64,000 nt of DNA from NCBI GenBank assembly GCA_013239625.1, contig MU054212.1, positions 9,658,898 through 9,722,897 of the forward strand, read 5' to 3'. Shown piece after piece: positions 37,121 to 49,790 of this stretch. Positions within the stretch are counted from its first letter, which is position 1. Every line of letters starts with the position of its first letter. This DNA is from Lama guanicoe (lineage: Eukaryota). The position numbers and the translations under genes are program-made. The notes under the pieces are model-generated. The model had not been told where the DNA came from. It saw only the letters and a list, made by a program, of their open reading frames with translations, and searched no databases.

Positions 37121-39764
37121 CTGCAGGTCATGAGGGGGATCTCACGGATACCCGTGTGTCGTTGGGCCTGTAGTCAGTTACATAAACCTCGAAATTTTAG
37201 CATCTGTTGTGGAGCTGTGCACCCAGAATACGCACATGGAATATTTGTTGAATTGACATCTTGTGTCAATTTTGTCGTGGGCAGTAAATATCTGGTAGAT
37301 GAAAGTTGGATGAATTGGACCCAAAAGGTCCAAAGCTTGTGAAGGTGGGAAGAGGCTTGGCCTTCATGTTGGTGATTCCCATGGGGAGGGAAGGGATGCA
37401 GAGGGCTTGAGTTCTGCTCCCTACTCTCCCAGACTCAGCCAGGGACAGGGGAGCCTGGCCCCTCTTGCAAAGGGCCTCAAGAGAGGGAGCTTGGGGATCC
37501 GGGGATGGCTGCCTCATCCTCTGGTCCCCACCCACGCAGTGTGCTGTTATCGGGATGCGGTGGGGGCAGGAGTCGGGAGATCTCCCTCACGTCTTAGTTA
37601 AACCAGAGCCTGCCTCGTGCATCTACCTTTAAACAAGCAGCAGGTTGACGCCAGTCTTGTCCTCCTCCACTTTTATAAGCGAAGGATGGAGAGGAAAGAA
37701 ATCCCAGGAGGTCACCAGGCAGAGACAGGTGAGGGTCCCCGTGAGGCCCTACAGTCTGGCACTGATCCACAGGAGACCGGGCCTCCCAACCCACCAGGCC
37801 CCACAGAGGCTACAGGGCATCACAGAGAATTGGGGTTCCTGCCCCCTGGTTAGCTCACATTTGGGGAGACAAGAACCACCCCCGGAAACAGAAGTAGCCC
37901 AGTGCTGGGCCACATGTGCCCTAGGACTCCGTGTGCCGGGGGAGTCAGGGAGGACTTATGGACGCAGCAGAATTTTGGAGCACAGAGAAGACAAGAAGAT
38001 AGATGTAAACTAACCCAGGGTATTGGGGGACAGAGAAGGCAGTGTGGTTGTCAGCCGGCAGCGTGCAAGAAATGGAGAGAGCTTAGCAGAGCAGAGAAGG
38101 GAGAGGACAGAGCCCTGCCTCGGTGTTCCTTGAAGAAGTCTAAGGTTCCAGGTGGCCTCCATTCCTGGGCAAGTGGCCCCCATGCCCTCCAGCAGCCTGG
38201 GCTACTGGCTGCCCGGCCGCTTCTTAACAAACGTCTGGAGAAGCACAGCTCGATCGGCTTCCCTTACTTGGAGGTGCGCCCTGTTCATGAAAGGCAGCCG
38301 GTCTGGCTTCCTCCTCCCGGTTCGGGTCCAGCCCTGCTCAGCAGGATCTGGTATCGTGATGCTGTCACCCCAGTCACACCCTCCTGCTCCTCCGGAGATA
38401 CTGACTCACCATCCCTTCTCCCCGCCTAGAGGGGCTTTTGGCCCACCCAGCCGTTAATTTGCAAATGGGCCATTTTCTGCTTCAAAGGGAAGATGATTTT
38501 TTTTCCCTGAGATCTGCAGTTTTTAAGTATTCTCAAATGACTAGCCAGAATCAATCTAAGATGAAGAGTTTAGTGCATGTTGAGTGTGGATCCTCATCTT
38601 CCATCTTCATTTCTTTATGGCAAGACCCTGTGAGCCGGCGGACCCCCTTGCTGGGGATGGGGTGCTTGGACCAGAGGCTCCAGATGAGACCCCACCCTTC
38701 AGCCTCCCTTTATCTCCCCAGTGAGTTTCTCAGAGACACCAGGTGTGGTCACCAAAAGCCAGCGGAGGGAGTCGACGCTCCAAAAAACAGAGGGAGCTTC
38801 CAGGAGAGGGTGCTGTTGGAACATCCTGGGAGCGGGATGTGGCTCGGTGCCGGGCCTGCAGTGGGCACACACGGCCTGCCAGGCGTCAGGTGCAGAGGCC
38901 TGGGCTGGGGCCATCAGGTCAGGAACGGGGGGGAGGGGCCAGTGCAATTCTAACTTTGATGCACTTGCTAAAAATGCAGGAAGCCTGAGGGTGGGACCCA
39001 GGACCCTCCAGCAGCTCCCTGCCGGCTGACTTGGGTGGCCGGCTGAGGACAGGCTGAGAAAGGTTGGGTGAGGATGACGCGGCCTCCTTGGCGGGAGGGC
39101 CCCCCATCCACTGAGCCCGAGGTCCCAGGGGCCAGTCTGAGCCCTGGCTTGCTTGCTGTCCCGCCCCAGTGAGCGTGACCAAGGCCTCACTAGCTCCCTT
39201 CCTCCCCTGGGAACAGAAATAGAGCCAGGAAGGGTTTATCTGTGTTTCGGGAGGCTCGGTTCCCGAGAAGGGGTCCAGGGCCTGCGGAAGAGGGGTCTGG
39301 GGTCTGAGTCACAGTGCTGCCATCCACGTGCATGTGGAACTCAGAGTTGTCACCTGGCGGGGTGGTGCTATGGCCAGACGGCCGGGGCTGAGTTACAAGG
39401 ACACTAGGAGTAAGATGATTAAGCAAAGGAAAGAATTGGGAGAAGGGGCTGGGAGAAGGAGGCTCACAGACAAACCTGCCAAAGGGGTGGGGTGCCAGAC
39501 AGAGGGAGACAGAGGTGGGGGCGGGGCAGAGGGACAGACACACCGACAAGAACTTGGGAAGAAGGGAGGAAAGGGAGGGATGAGTCTGACTCATTTCGTA
39601 TCTCCCACAGAGCTTCCCCTGAGAAGCTGAGAGTGTTTGCTCAGGGAGAGAGAGACAGGGGCAGCCGGGATGCCCGGAAGCCTTCTGTGGTCTGGTTGCC
39701 TGTCCTCACGTCACCAGTCACCCTCCTCCTCCACCTCCGCCTCCTCCTCCTTATCATCCACCCT

Positions 39765-39915
39765 TTGAGTGTTGGAGCTGTGCCAGGCACCACATGCGCG
39801 TCAGCTTTCATCCTCAGAAAAACCCACCTCAAGGCAGGAATTAATATCTCCACTCTGTAGAAAGGGCAGGGGAGGCTCAGGATGGACGGAGCCGGGATTC
39901 TGACCTGGGACTTCC
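39765..39915 (-). mobile_element. MIR
   Basis: TGTGCCAGGCAC...TCATCCTCA...AGGCAGGAATTAATATCTCCACTCTGTAGA...GAGGCTCAG...GAGCCGGGATT matches reverse MIR. Confidence 0.65.
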
Positions 39916-40429
39916 TTGCACCATCCTCCCCTCAGCTTGCTTACTGCTCCAGAGAAGGTTCTTAACATGGAAGGTTTGCTTCAGCAGGAAGAGACCCAGC
40001 TGGGCTGGGAGGGTCTGTCCAGGTGGGCTGGGCTGGTGTGTGTATGTGTGTATGTGTGTGTATGTAGGGGGCGGGGGACTGTCCAAACACTGCAGCTACC
40101 TGTTCACTTCTGAACCTCTCTGTCCACGTGCAGGTGTCAAATAGCTTTGGAGAGTGAGGACCTTGTATTCTAGGCCAGGGCCCCCCAGGCAAGTGAGACC
40201 AGGCAAGCAGACCAGGCAGCTCCTGCCCACCCCTGCCCTCGCACGGCCCCAGCCTGGAGGGGCCAGGCCAGGCCGGGTGACTGACGCCAGCCCTCCAGGG
40301 TCCTCACCCGGGTATGCTCCCCTGGGAGGACGTGTACAAGGAGCCAGTTAGAATTGCGAACAGAAGATCTCTTGTTGCTCCTCAGAGAAGCCATGGGGAC
40401 CCACCGCCCGGCTCCCTGTCTGAGGGAGG

Positions 40430-40645
40430 GCAGGAAAGTCTTGGACTGCCGATCCCACGGGGTCAGGTCTGAGTCCTGGCTCCGCTGCTTAGGAGCTGCG
40501 TGCCTTTGGTCAAAGGTCCTTTACCTCTTTATGACAGCCTCACCACCTATAAAAGGGTCCCAGCCCGCAAAGTGGACGAGCAGATGAGGATCCATGTAAC
40601 ACACCCAGCACGGTTCCTGGTAAGTATTTGCTGACACTTCTTGAA
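40430..40645 (+). mobile_element. MIR
   Basis: GAGTCCTGGCTCCGCTGCTTA..AGCTGCGTGCCTTTGG...CACCTATAAAAGGG...CCCAGCACGGTTCCTGG follows MIR. Confidence 0.65.
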
Positions 40646-41234
40646 TCACTAACTCTCTCCCCATGTGTCCCCTGCTCCTTAGCCCCATCCCTTCTCCCCA
40701 GACTGTCAAGCCTGTTGTCAGAGGGTTTACCAGGCACGGTGCCTCTGCTAAGTGTGGGGCGGCCACAGGGTTGCTGGGGGGCGAAATTCAGTCAGTTCAA
40801 CACTCCTGGGCATTTTCTCTGCAGAACCCTGTGATCAGCACAGACACATGGGCCCTCCTTTCCCCTCAAGGAGCTTCCAGAAAGCAGGAGGAGCATGGCG
40901 AGGACACAAGAGACTCCCTTCACTCACTCACTCACTTACTCACTCACCAGTTGCAAAAGTAAAGAAATAGGGCGAAATTCTGCCAAGTAGCACCAGAAGT
41001 GGAGTGAAGTAAGAGGTTCAGTCTCGTGAAGGCAGGGTCCCATTCTAGGGAGGCTAATGAAATGATGTGGGGGGCTGCCTGGGCTACCAGCTGCCCAGGG
41101 ACTCTGGAGCCCAGGAGCCAATCCCCAGACACATGGAATCTGAGTTCCTGCGACCCCTGGTGTATCACAGACAGGATTCGCCCTGACTGTCATCCTTACC
41201 CTCCTGGTCCAGGTTTATGAACGGACTCATGTGT

Positions 41235-41390
41235 GTGTTCTCACTGCATCCTCCCGACAGCCCTGAGAGGCAGCCGGGTGGGGGCTGAGTGTCCCCAGCT
41301 GTTGCCACAGACACTGCATGGGAAGGAGAGAGACTTGCCCGCAGGCCCCCACGCTGACTGGCAGAGCTGGGACCAGACCCCGGCCTCGCT
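41235..41390 (-). mobile_element. MIR (diverged)
   Basis: ATCCTCCCGACAGCCCTGAGAGGCAG...GACTTGCCC...TGGCAGAGCTGGGACCAGA resembles reverse MIR. Confidence 0.55.
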
Positions 41391-43171
41391 TGTACCCGGG
41401 GCTCCCTTTATGGCCTGTGGTCCCCACCTGGGCCTTCTTCTCCAGTAGCTGGAGGTGGGTGACTGCTTTTGTCCTCGTCCTTGGGCAGTCCACCCCCAGG
41501 CTCAGGGGCCCCTGAGGAGCCCTGGCCCCCCAGAACATCCTTGGCAGCCAGAGGCAAGGAGCCCTTTTTGAAGCTCAGCCATGGTGCCAGGCAGGCCCCG
41601 GGGTGGGCAGTGGTCCCTGCACTGCACCCTCCACCCCTCTAGAATTTGATTGCCTCTTCTGATTTGCATCCGCCCGGTGCTCAGGCTTGGACCAGTGTTC
41701 CCTGACTCATTGTTGACGGTACGTCTCTTCGAGGGACACTCATCCTGTACTCAGCCCCCTGTCCCACCATGGTTCGTGCGCTCTACACGAGCTGACTGAG
41801 CACCCGACGGCCAGCCCTGCTGGGTACGTGTCCCCCTCGCCTCCACACACAGGCCGCTTCCAGTCCCCTCCAGGCTCCCTGGGCCCCTGTGGCCTATCCT
41901 GCTGACAGGAATGTGTCTCTTCTCGGAGCCTCCCGGCACCCTGGTCTTAGCACCTGAGGGTTTCAGTGCGAGGTCCTGCGGCTGTGATGAAGATGGGAGC
42001 CTGAGGCCTGGGCAGGTCTCGAGGGCCATTTATTTCTCCTCTGGGAGGTCACAGGCCCTTCTGAGGAGGATGGGGTGAGGCTCTACCCACCTCCTCCCCA
42101 AGCCTCTCTGACCAGCGCAACCCCCTCCACGACTGAATTCCCCCCGGGGTACAGCCCCGTGTTGTCTCCTTAGAAGGGCTTCCTTCCCTTCCCAACTCTG
42201 CCCAGTGTCCACTGAGGGGGTGTCCAGTGAAGACGCATCGGCTGATCGGCGGGGTCGGGAGTGGCAGCCCCCCCATGCCCTTTCTCTCCTGCGCGGGCTC
42301 TGGGAACAGGCGCTGGCCCCCGGCCGTGCTCCGGCATCTGGGAGGCTGGCGGGAGCCGCTCTGACCGCCTTCAAGGGCACTGCCAGGAATAGCTGCGGCC
42401 ACCCCGCCGCCTGCGTGGGCCTGGCAGCCTCAGAGTGCCCTTTCTCCAGCCTGTCTGTGTGCAGCCCCGATGGCCTGCTTCCACTGAGGGGTGAATGCTC
42501 AGCGGGACGCCCAGTCCTAGCCATCTTCTGAGGACACAGCCCAGCAGATATGACCCCGCCCGCCTCTCGGCCACCAGGCTGTGGCTCCTGGTCAGTCACT
42601 GAGATGCAGAGTTAACTGACCACTGGAGGCCAGCACGGTCCAGGCAGCAGCCCCGAGAGGGTCTGTCTGAACGGGAGCCCTTATCGACGGAGTTGTGCCC
42701 CTTTGATTTGAAGCCAAGAAACAAAGTCAGGGAGATGAGGTGCTTTGCTCAGTCACAGCTCACCAGTCATAGAATAAGGCACCAAATAGAGCCCCTCACC
42801 CCAGGCAGGAGCCTAGGTGTCCGCAGGAAAGGCGAGGTTCTGGGGCTGGAGGAGGACAGGGCCCCAGGGAGAAGCGGGCACCTGAACCCCTTTGGGCAGG
42901 TGGCATTCAGGTCCTGGGAGAGGAGGAGGAAGTGATTCCAAGACACGGGGAAGAATGGGTTCCCTCTGAGCACCAGTGAGTGGATCAGTGTGGTCCGGTG
43001 GGGACCTGAGGCCCCCTGAGGACAAGGAAAGGGAGAGGGTGGGCTGTGACCACGGGGAACTGCGGGGAAAGGACATCAAGGCACTGAGAGCTCAGCTTCA
43101 ACTCTCCCATGAGGCTGCCCGCCTGAGTCCAGGCAGGTGGGAGAAATTCTGTCACCAGTCACTGCCATGCA

Positions 43172-43550
43172 GGGTTTACTGAGTGGCCCCTTGACACTGT
43201 GTGACAGGTCCTAGTCCAGGACCTTGGGGTGGAGCATAGAACAAGGTCCCCCTGCACAAAGTGCACAGTCGAGTGGAGGGAGACCACCATGCAGGTCAGG
43301 ATGGAATAGGTTCGGCAGGGATGGAAACAATGAAGCAGAGGAAGGGAGAGAGGATGCTGGCCCTGGGGGTCAGGGAACCACTGTTTTATACTGAATGGTC
43401 AGGGAGGACCTCCCTAATAAGGTGACATTTGAGAAGAAACCTGAAGGAAATGAGGGAATGAACCTAGTGAGCATGTGGAAGAAGAGTGTTCCAGATGGAA
43501 GGCAGAACAAGTGCAAAGGCCCTGGGGCAGGAGTGTGCTGGCCTAGCGAG
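43172..43550 (-). mobile_element. L2 (L2a-like) 3' region
   Basis: TTTACTGAG..., GGTCAGGGAGGACCTCCCTAATAAGGTGACATTTGAG...CCTGAAGGA, and TGTTCCAGATGGAAGG...CAAGTGCAAAGGCCCTGGGGCAGGA are L2 antisense hallmarks. Confidence 0.85.
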
Positions 43551-44419
43551 AGAAAGAGCTGTCCACAAGCTGTGTAATGAAGTATGCCGAGAGTGTCTCA
43601 GCTCACTCCCTAAGACTGAGTCTCCTTAAACAGAACCCTGCCTGCATTTATGGCCCCATGTCTATGACTAAATACTGATACAAAGATGGAATTTTGAATC
43701 TGTGGCCCAGCTAGGAAGGGGAAAAATAAGAATCTGAATTCTTAACCTCAAGGTGTGTCACTTATTCAGTGGGAGGCTCTTTCCTCTGCCTACTATTCCT
43801 TTATGCCTGCCCTCTGGCAGTGGGGACTGGGACAGAAAGGGGGCTGAAGTCCCTGACCACGGACAGAATCCTGGGGAAGGCATGAGAGCTTCCCAGAGGA
43901 GGAACCCAAAGAGTGTAGACCTTAGGAGTGGCCGGATCAGGGCAAGAGGAGCAAAGGCTCAGAGGCTGGTGTGAGTGTGTGTGTGTATGTGTATGTGTCA
44001 GAAGGGGAGGCCGAGAGGCCGCATCGTGGCTGGGAAAAAACTCCCCTATAAGAAAGAGGGAGGGGGCCGTGAGGTTCTGGCCGTGTGTCTGTTCCCTCCT
44101 CTATTAGGACTGAGGTCTCTCTTTCTCTTTCCCGCTTTGTGCTTGTGTCTGTGTTTCTGAGCAAGGCTGTGAGTCTGTGTGCATGTCTGTGGGATGTCTC
44201 TCTTGGCCTCAGTCTCTCAGTTTCCCCGCGGTGTCTCCTTCTCTGTCTGTCTGGCCCCCTCTCTTCTGTTCTCCGTCTCTCTCCCTCCCTCCCTCCTTCC
44301 TCCTCCCACCCCCCTCCTCTTTCTCTCCGAACAGGAAGAGGCCTGCAAAGGACTGCGATTTCCCTCCCGCCTGCCTCCCCACCCCTTTTCCCTCCCCAGG
44401 TTTTTTCTCTGCTCCTTAT

Positions 44420-44495
44420 TCAAGGCAGATAAAGTGCACACAGCTGCTCCCAGCTGAAACGGGCCTTAATTGCACCCCCGTTGCCATGGCGATCC
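44420..44495. promoter_or_regulatory. RFX X-box / E-box / GATA / TAAT motif module
   Basis: GTTGCCATGGCGAT at 44480-93 (12/14 to GTTGCCATGGCAAC), CAGCTG at 44441 and 44451, AGATAA at 44427, TAATT at 44467. Confidence 0.5.
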
Positions 44496-45789
44496 CTGAT
44501 GATCTCTGTGGCTGGAATGTTGCCCTCCCGATCTCCCTGCTGGGGCCTTCGGGCTGCACAGCCTTGCTGGCCCCCCCCACAGCTGACCCCACACGGCACC
44601 TGGGTGGGCAGGGCAGCAGGAGCAGTGCCCCAGGCGCCCCTCCCCTCCCCCACTCCCTCTCAGTCCCTTCTCAGGACATTCTGGGGTCTAGCACAGTAAT
44701 GCACATGCTCCTGGCCAGGGACAAAGCATCCTGTCACCAGCCTAGGTCTTAGGGGTGGGAAGGAGGGGCTCTGGGTCAGGGCGCTGTGCTCTGGACCCCA
44801 ACCCGTCACCTGTGGACAGTGAACGTGGGACTCTTGTCATTCATTGCAGTCATTTCTGGCTGAATGAGCCCCAGGCACAGGGAGGTGTGGGTACTGCTTA
44901 GGGGAGGGCCTCGAAGACCTCTTCTAGGGTGGGATGGTTCTGCAGAATTGCAGAATCAGGCAGCCCCCAGCCCCGCTGCAGAAGAAAGAGGGAGGGTGGT
45001 GACCCCACTGGGCACCAAGAGGCGAGGGACACTGAGGAAACCCCCGTGGGATGTGGCTTCCCGTGCCTGAGGGCCCAGCAGGGCCCACTGTGGTCTGAGG
45101 ATGTGAGCCCCATACAGGGAGGTGGGGTGTGTGTACGCACGTGCGTTGTGTGTGCGTGTGTGCGTCATCTTGCTCACATGTCTGCCTGACCCTCCCCTCC
45201 ATACGACCCTCCCTGGGAATCCAAGCTGGGCCACACACACTGTGTGTTCGCAGCTCAGTGGCTCCCGACGGGTCTCGGGGAGGACAGTTGTACTTAGCGC
45301 CCCAGCCAGCTCACCCTGAGGAGCCAGCAGACGTGAAGTGGGACCGCTTTGAGCAGCCCACGAAGACTTGCTGCTGGCCCCGCTCCCTCGCCATCACCGC
45401 TCCTCCCTCTGGGCACCCAACCCCAGCCCTCCGTCTCCCAGGACCTGCAACGGAGAGGCCCACTCCCTCCAGGCAAACCTGGAAATGGGAATGGGGTGTC
45501 CAGAGCTTTCTGTCTACCCGCCTGCCTCTGCCTGTGAGCCCTCCTGTTCCCGGGCAGGCAGGCAGGCGGGCGGGCAAGGCACACCCACTAGCCTGTGCCA
45601 GAGCCCAGGACTCTCCTGGCCGCCACCGACCCCTTCTCTGGGTGGCAAGTGCCACCCACTTGCCGGGCAGTAGGTGAGCCTGAGGGATGCTGGCTGAGAT
45701 GCCCTGGAACGGAACATCTTTGGTGGCCCTGCTCTCCACTAGTGATGGTGGCATTTGAACGCACACCACCCTTAGTCCCGCTTGGGGGT

Positions 45790-46010
45790 ATAATAACAGT
45801 AATCACCGCAGTGGGAGAGCTGACAGCTACTGCTTATGAAGAGGCGGCCACGTGCCAGAGGCCCTGGGTGGAACTCCACACTCGCCATGGCCAGTCCTTG
45901 AGGCCAGGACTGTGAACGTCACACAAATGGAAAACTTACGTCGCCTGCCTAGCCAAGGCCACTCGAGTCTTAGTGGCCGTGTGTGTGGGACCCTGAGACC
46001 GTGTCTGTCA
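45790..46010 (-). mobile_element. MIR (diverged)
   Basis: ATAATAACAG...CACGTGCCAG...ACAAATGGAAAACT...CCAAGGCCAC...TAGTGGC resembles reverse MIR. Confidence 0.45.
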
Positions 46011-46589
46011 AGCGCCAACCCGCAGTGAGCAGTTTACCCCTGGGCTGCTGGGCTTTCCGGCCCCAGGGCCTCCTGCCTGCGGTAAGACCTCAGGTGTGAG
46101 GGGCTAAAAGTTCACCTGCATTGCATTGGAAGCCCAGCGGCTACTTTTGGGGAAGGCTTTCTGCCTGAGAGTCTCTATCAGTGGTGCCCCCACCATCAAA
46201 GCATCTGGCCCACCATTAACCCCGAGTCCACTGGACGCTGCTCTCTGGTCATCCTCTCTCCCAGACCCCACATTAGTAGGGGTCCCATGAATATTTGATA
46301 AGTAAGTAAAGGTGTAAAAGACTAATATTTCTTGTCTTGACTGAGGGCCTCACCCTGACTCCCCTCATTTCACCCCCAAAATGGCTACAGAACCCATCTC
46401 CTTCCTTTCTGCACAGCTGAGACCCCAATACGGCCCCAACCCAGGTCCCCGCTGCCTCCCATCCCTGCCTGGTCCCCACACCCAGAGTGAGTGGCACAGC
46501 ACCTGTCTGCGCGAGTCCCCTCCTGCCTGCAGAATCGGGCTTCCTCCAGGCGGGTCCAGGTCCTCCTGGTGGGGCCTGGCCCCATCCTC

Positions 46590-46800
46590 CCTGCCCGCTT
46601 CCTAAACACACTTCCCACACCTGGCCATTGACCTTGAGGCTTCCTCTGCCTGGACTGCCCTTCCTCCTTCTCTCTGACTATAGACATAATATTCTTTTCT
46701 GCTCCAGCTTCATGGCCACCACCTCCCACTGCACTCATTTTACTAAACTGACCACACTGACGCTGTGCGCTGCAGCTACTTGCTGAATGAACAGATGAAC
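46590..46800 (+). mobile_element. L2 fragment
   Basis: TTCCTAAACAC...TTCCTCTGCCTGGACTGCCCTTCC...TACTTGCTGAATGAA follows the L2 3' end. Confidence 0.65.
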
Positions 46801-49711
46801 ACCGAGGGGCATTCAGAGCCCCCGGGCGGCACGTCTGGGGTACTCCCTAACTGCAGCCCGGCACTAACACCCCAACCAAGCGCTCGTCAGCCCTCGGGGT
46901 CACAGGGAGTGGATTCCAGGTGGAGGCAGCGTGTGCTGTTCTCTGGAGGACAGTGAGTGGCCCCCTCACTCGGACTGGAGGTGCCGTCCAGACTCTAAGG
47001 GCTCTGGGATTTAGGACAAGGGACTGACACTTGATCTGGGGAAGATCTGGATGGAGAGGTCACTTCAGGTGGAGGGATGCTTGGGACAGCAGCACAGAGG
47101 CGGGACAGTGTAGCGGGGATCGATAGGGAAGAGGTCAGCCAGCGCAGCGTGGCCATCAGGCTGAGGGTAGGATGCAGACGGACCACCGAGGGCCTCCAAG
47201 GCACCGGATATCACTGGATGGATGGCTGCCTGGGGACAGGGGTAGTTGCTGAAAGAAAATGCCCAGAGGAGTCTCTGCCCCACCTTTTCTCCTGATGATA
47301 AATGAGATAAAAGAGAGAAGCTATTTCCCAAGAAGGAATCATGGACTCCCCAAAGGCAGGGGCCGACGTGCTCCCTCCTCCTGGCTTTCTTCCACTCCCT
47401 GTCTGGCCTAAGCCAGGTCCTGTCACTCAGGCCTACCTTGGACCTTGCCCGGAGTTGGATGGGGAGGCCCTGGAAGGCAGCTGTCCAACGAGCCAGCCTC
47501 ACATCATGCCCCTACCCCCACCCCATGCTTTTCTCCCCATTCATCTGTCTTTCTAGCCAAAAACCAATTTCCTTGCCTCCAGACAAACCAGTCACATTAG
47601 GAAAGGGGAGGCTGTAATTCATGCAAAAACAAAGCGAAACCAAACCAAACAAAACCTGGAAACAACTTCGCAAAGATTAGTCTGTTAGGAAGCAAAATAG
47701 TAAATCCCACTGCGGCGGGAAGTAACTTTGCACTGCCCTGAAAGGCGCTGGCAGGTGCCAGAGCCTGACCGCACCCAGACGTGGTGCCAGGAGGCAGGTG
47801 GCTCTGTCTGTTCTGCAGAGGAGCCTGGGGCCACAGTCACACCACCTGACTCCTCCGTGACCCCTCCTGGTTAGACAAAGAACAGAGCTCTTTTCAGGCC
47901 TCCTCCTGCACTCAGCACCTGCCTCAGAACAGTGAGCCCCTCACATCTTACCAGGCTCACAAAACAGGCTCTGGATGTGCTAATGACTTTAAAGAGGAAA
48001 GAAGCCATCAGTTAACCAATAGCCATTGACCCTGTTCCTTGCTGTGGCCACACGGGGAGGACATGGGCGCCCACCCCTGGTGTCAGTCCTGGCGTGGCCA
48101 GTGTCCCATCCCACCCCGCTGGTAAGAGCGTTCTCCAGGGCTGCCCAGGGTTTGTATTGCTAAGTGGTACTTTGGGGGAAAAAAATCTACATTCATATAT
48201 ATTTTTCTCCCTCTCTACTCAAAATCTCCGGGCTTTTAAATATGAGAGCCTTTTATTTCTTTAAAACAGCAGCTGCTTTCATTTAGTTTGATGGATTTAA
48301 AGCATTTAGAGGTGGGAGGAGCGGATGGGAAGTGGTGGATTTCTCAGGCCTACCTACTCACACCCCCCCAAGGATGAAGTATGCCTGGTACGCAGCACAT
48401 GGGATCTGGGCAAATACTAATCCTTCTTTTGTCTTAAGGATTAGGATCTAATTTGTTTCAAGGGGCTTGTGAATGAGATTCCCTCCTTATAAAGTGCCCC
48501 CCCACCTCCTCCTCCTGCTCAGTTCCAACGCTTCTTCTCCGATCCACTTGCCCTTCACCCTGGTGTTTCCTTATCCTTCTGGGAAAACACCAGCGGGTGC
48601 TGGGGCCACACAGGGGCAATCCTCAGGGTCTCTCTCCTGGCCAGAAGGAACAAGCCAGGAGGCTCCCCAGGGGCTGAGAAGCCCTTCCTTTCAAGATTGA
48701 GGAACCAGGGCTGAAGCTCTGAGCCCAGAGTGCCTCTGTCCCCATCCCACAGAATCAGGGCTGTGCAGAGTCTCAGAATTTGCAACTAGGTCGTGACGAT
48801 GATGGACAGATGGTGACCCTTGCACAGATCCAGACTTGAGGGACACAGGAGCTCAGGTCATAGGGTCACGGGTCTTCCTCAGAGAAGGGCTGACCATGAA
48901 CTCAGCTGGGGAAGGCTGCCGCCTCCCAGGGCTCTGCAGGGAGCCTGCCCCTGACCCCGCAGGGGGTCCAAGGGTTCTCCACCTTGGGCTCTTGTGGCTT
49001 CCTTCCTTCCTTTCTGTCTCTCTCCCTCACCAGGCTGGACATTTTGTTCACTCTTGTATCTCCAATGACATGAATCGAGATGAATGAGTCCTTGTGATGG
49101 AATCAGGGCCCCGAGGCTTCTGGTCTTGTCCTGAAGGTGTCTGGAGTGTTGGTGACCACCCTTGGCACCTGCAGCAGAGGGCACCCTGAGCCTCCATCCT
49201 GCTTCTTGCCAGCCCCTCTCTCTCCCGTGGCCCACTTTCCCAGAGGCTTTTCCGGGATCAAGTTTGTTGTCCCTGGGCCGTTTCCTCCTTCTCCGTGGAG
49301 CTACCTCGGTCTTCCCCTTCCCTTTCCAGTCCTCGTCTCCGTCTCTGTGTCCTGAAGCCCACCCTCCATTACGGTTCTTGGTAAGAGCTCAAGAAGGGAG
49401 CTGGGCGGTGAGGCTGGTCTGCTGAAGGGACAGGTCTGCTTCCTCCAGCCCAGGCTCTGCCCTCCCGGGATGGACGGAGTGGGGAGTGGGATTCTGCCTC
49501 TCCATGTGTGGGCCCTGGGTTCTCGGCCCGCTTGTCCTGCCCCGTCCAGCCCTGCGCTCTGACAGCACATAGTTGTTAAAGGAACCTTCTCAAAGGGCTC
49601 AGGTGATGAACTTGACTTTCTCACCTGTAGGGCTGTGTCTTGCCAGAGGGCTTCTGCTGCCATCTTCTGACTGGATTCTCTTGGGTCAAAGGTGGGGTGG
49701 GGTTTCTTAGC

Positions 49712-49790
49712 CCTCATGGACAGCTGGGGAAACTGAGGCCTGAGTGATCAGGTGACATGCGGCCACAATGAGCAGAATCAGGACTGTGCC
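49712..49790 (-). mobile_element. MIR fragment
   Basis: ACAGCTGGGGAAACTGAGGCC...GTGAC matches the reverse MIR core. Confidence 0.6.
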
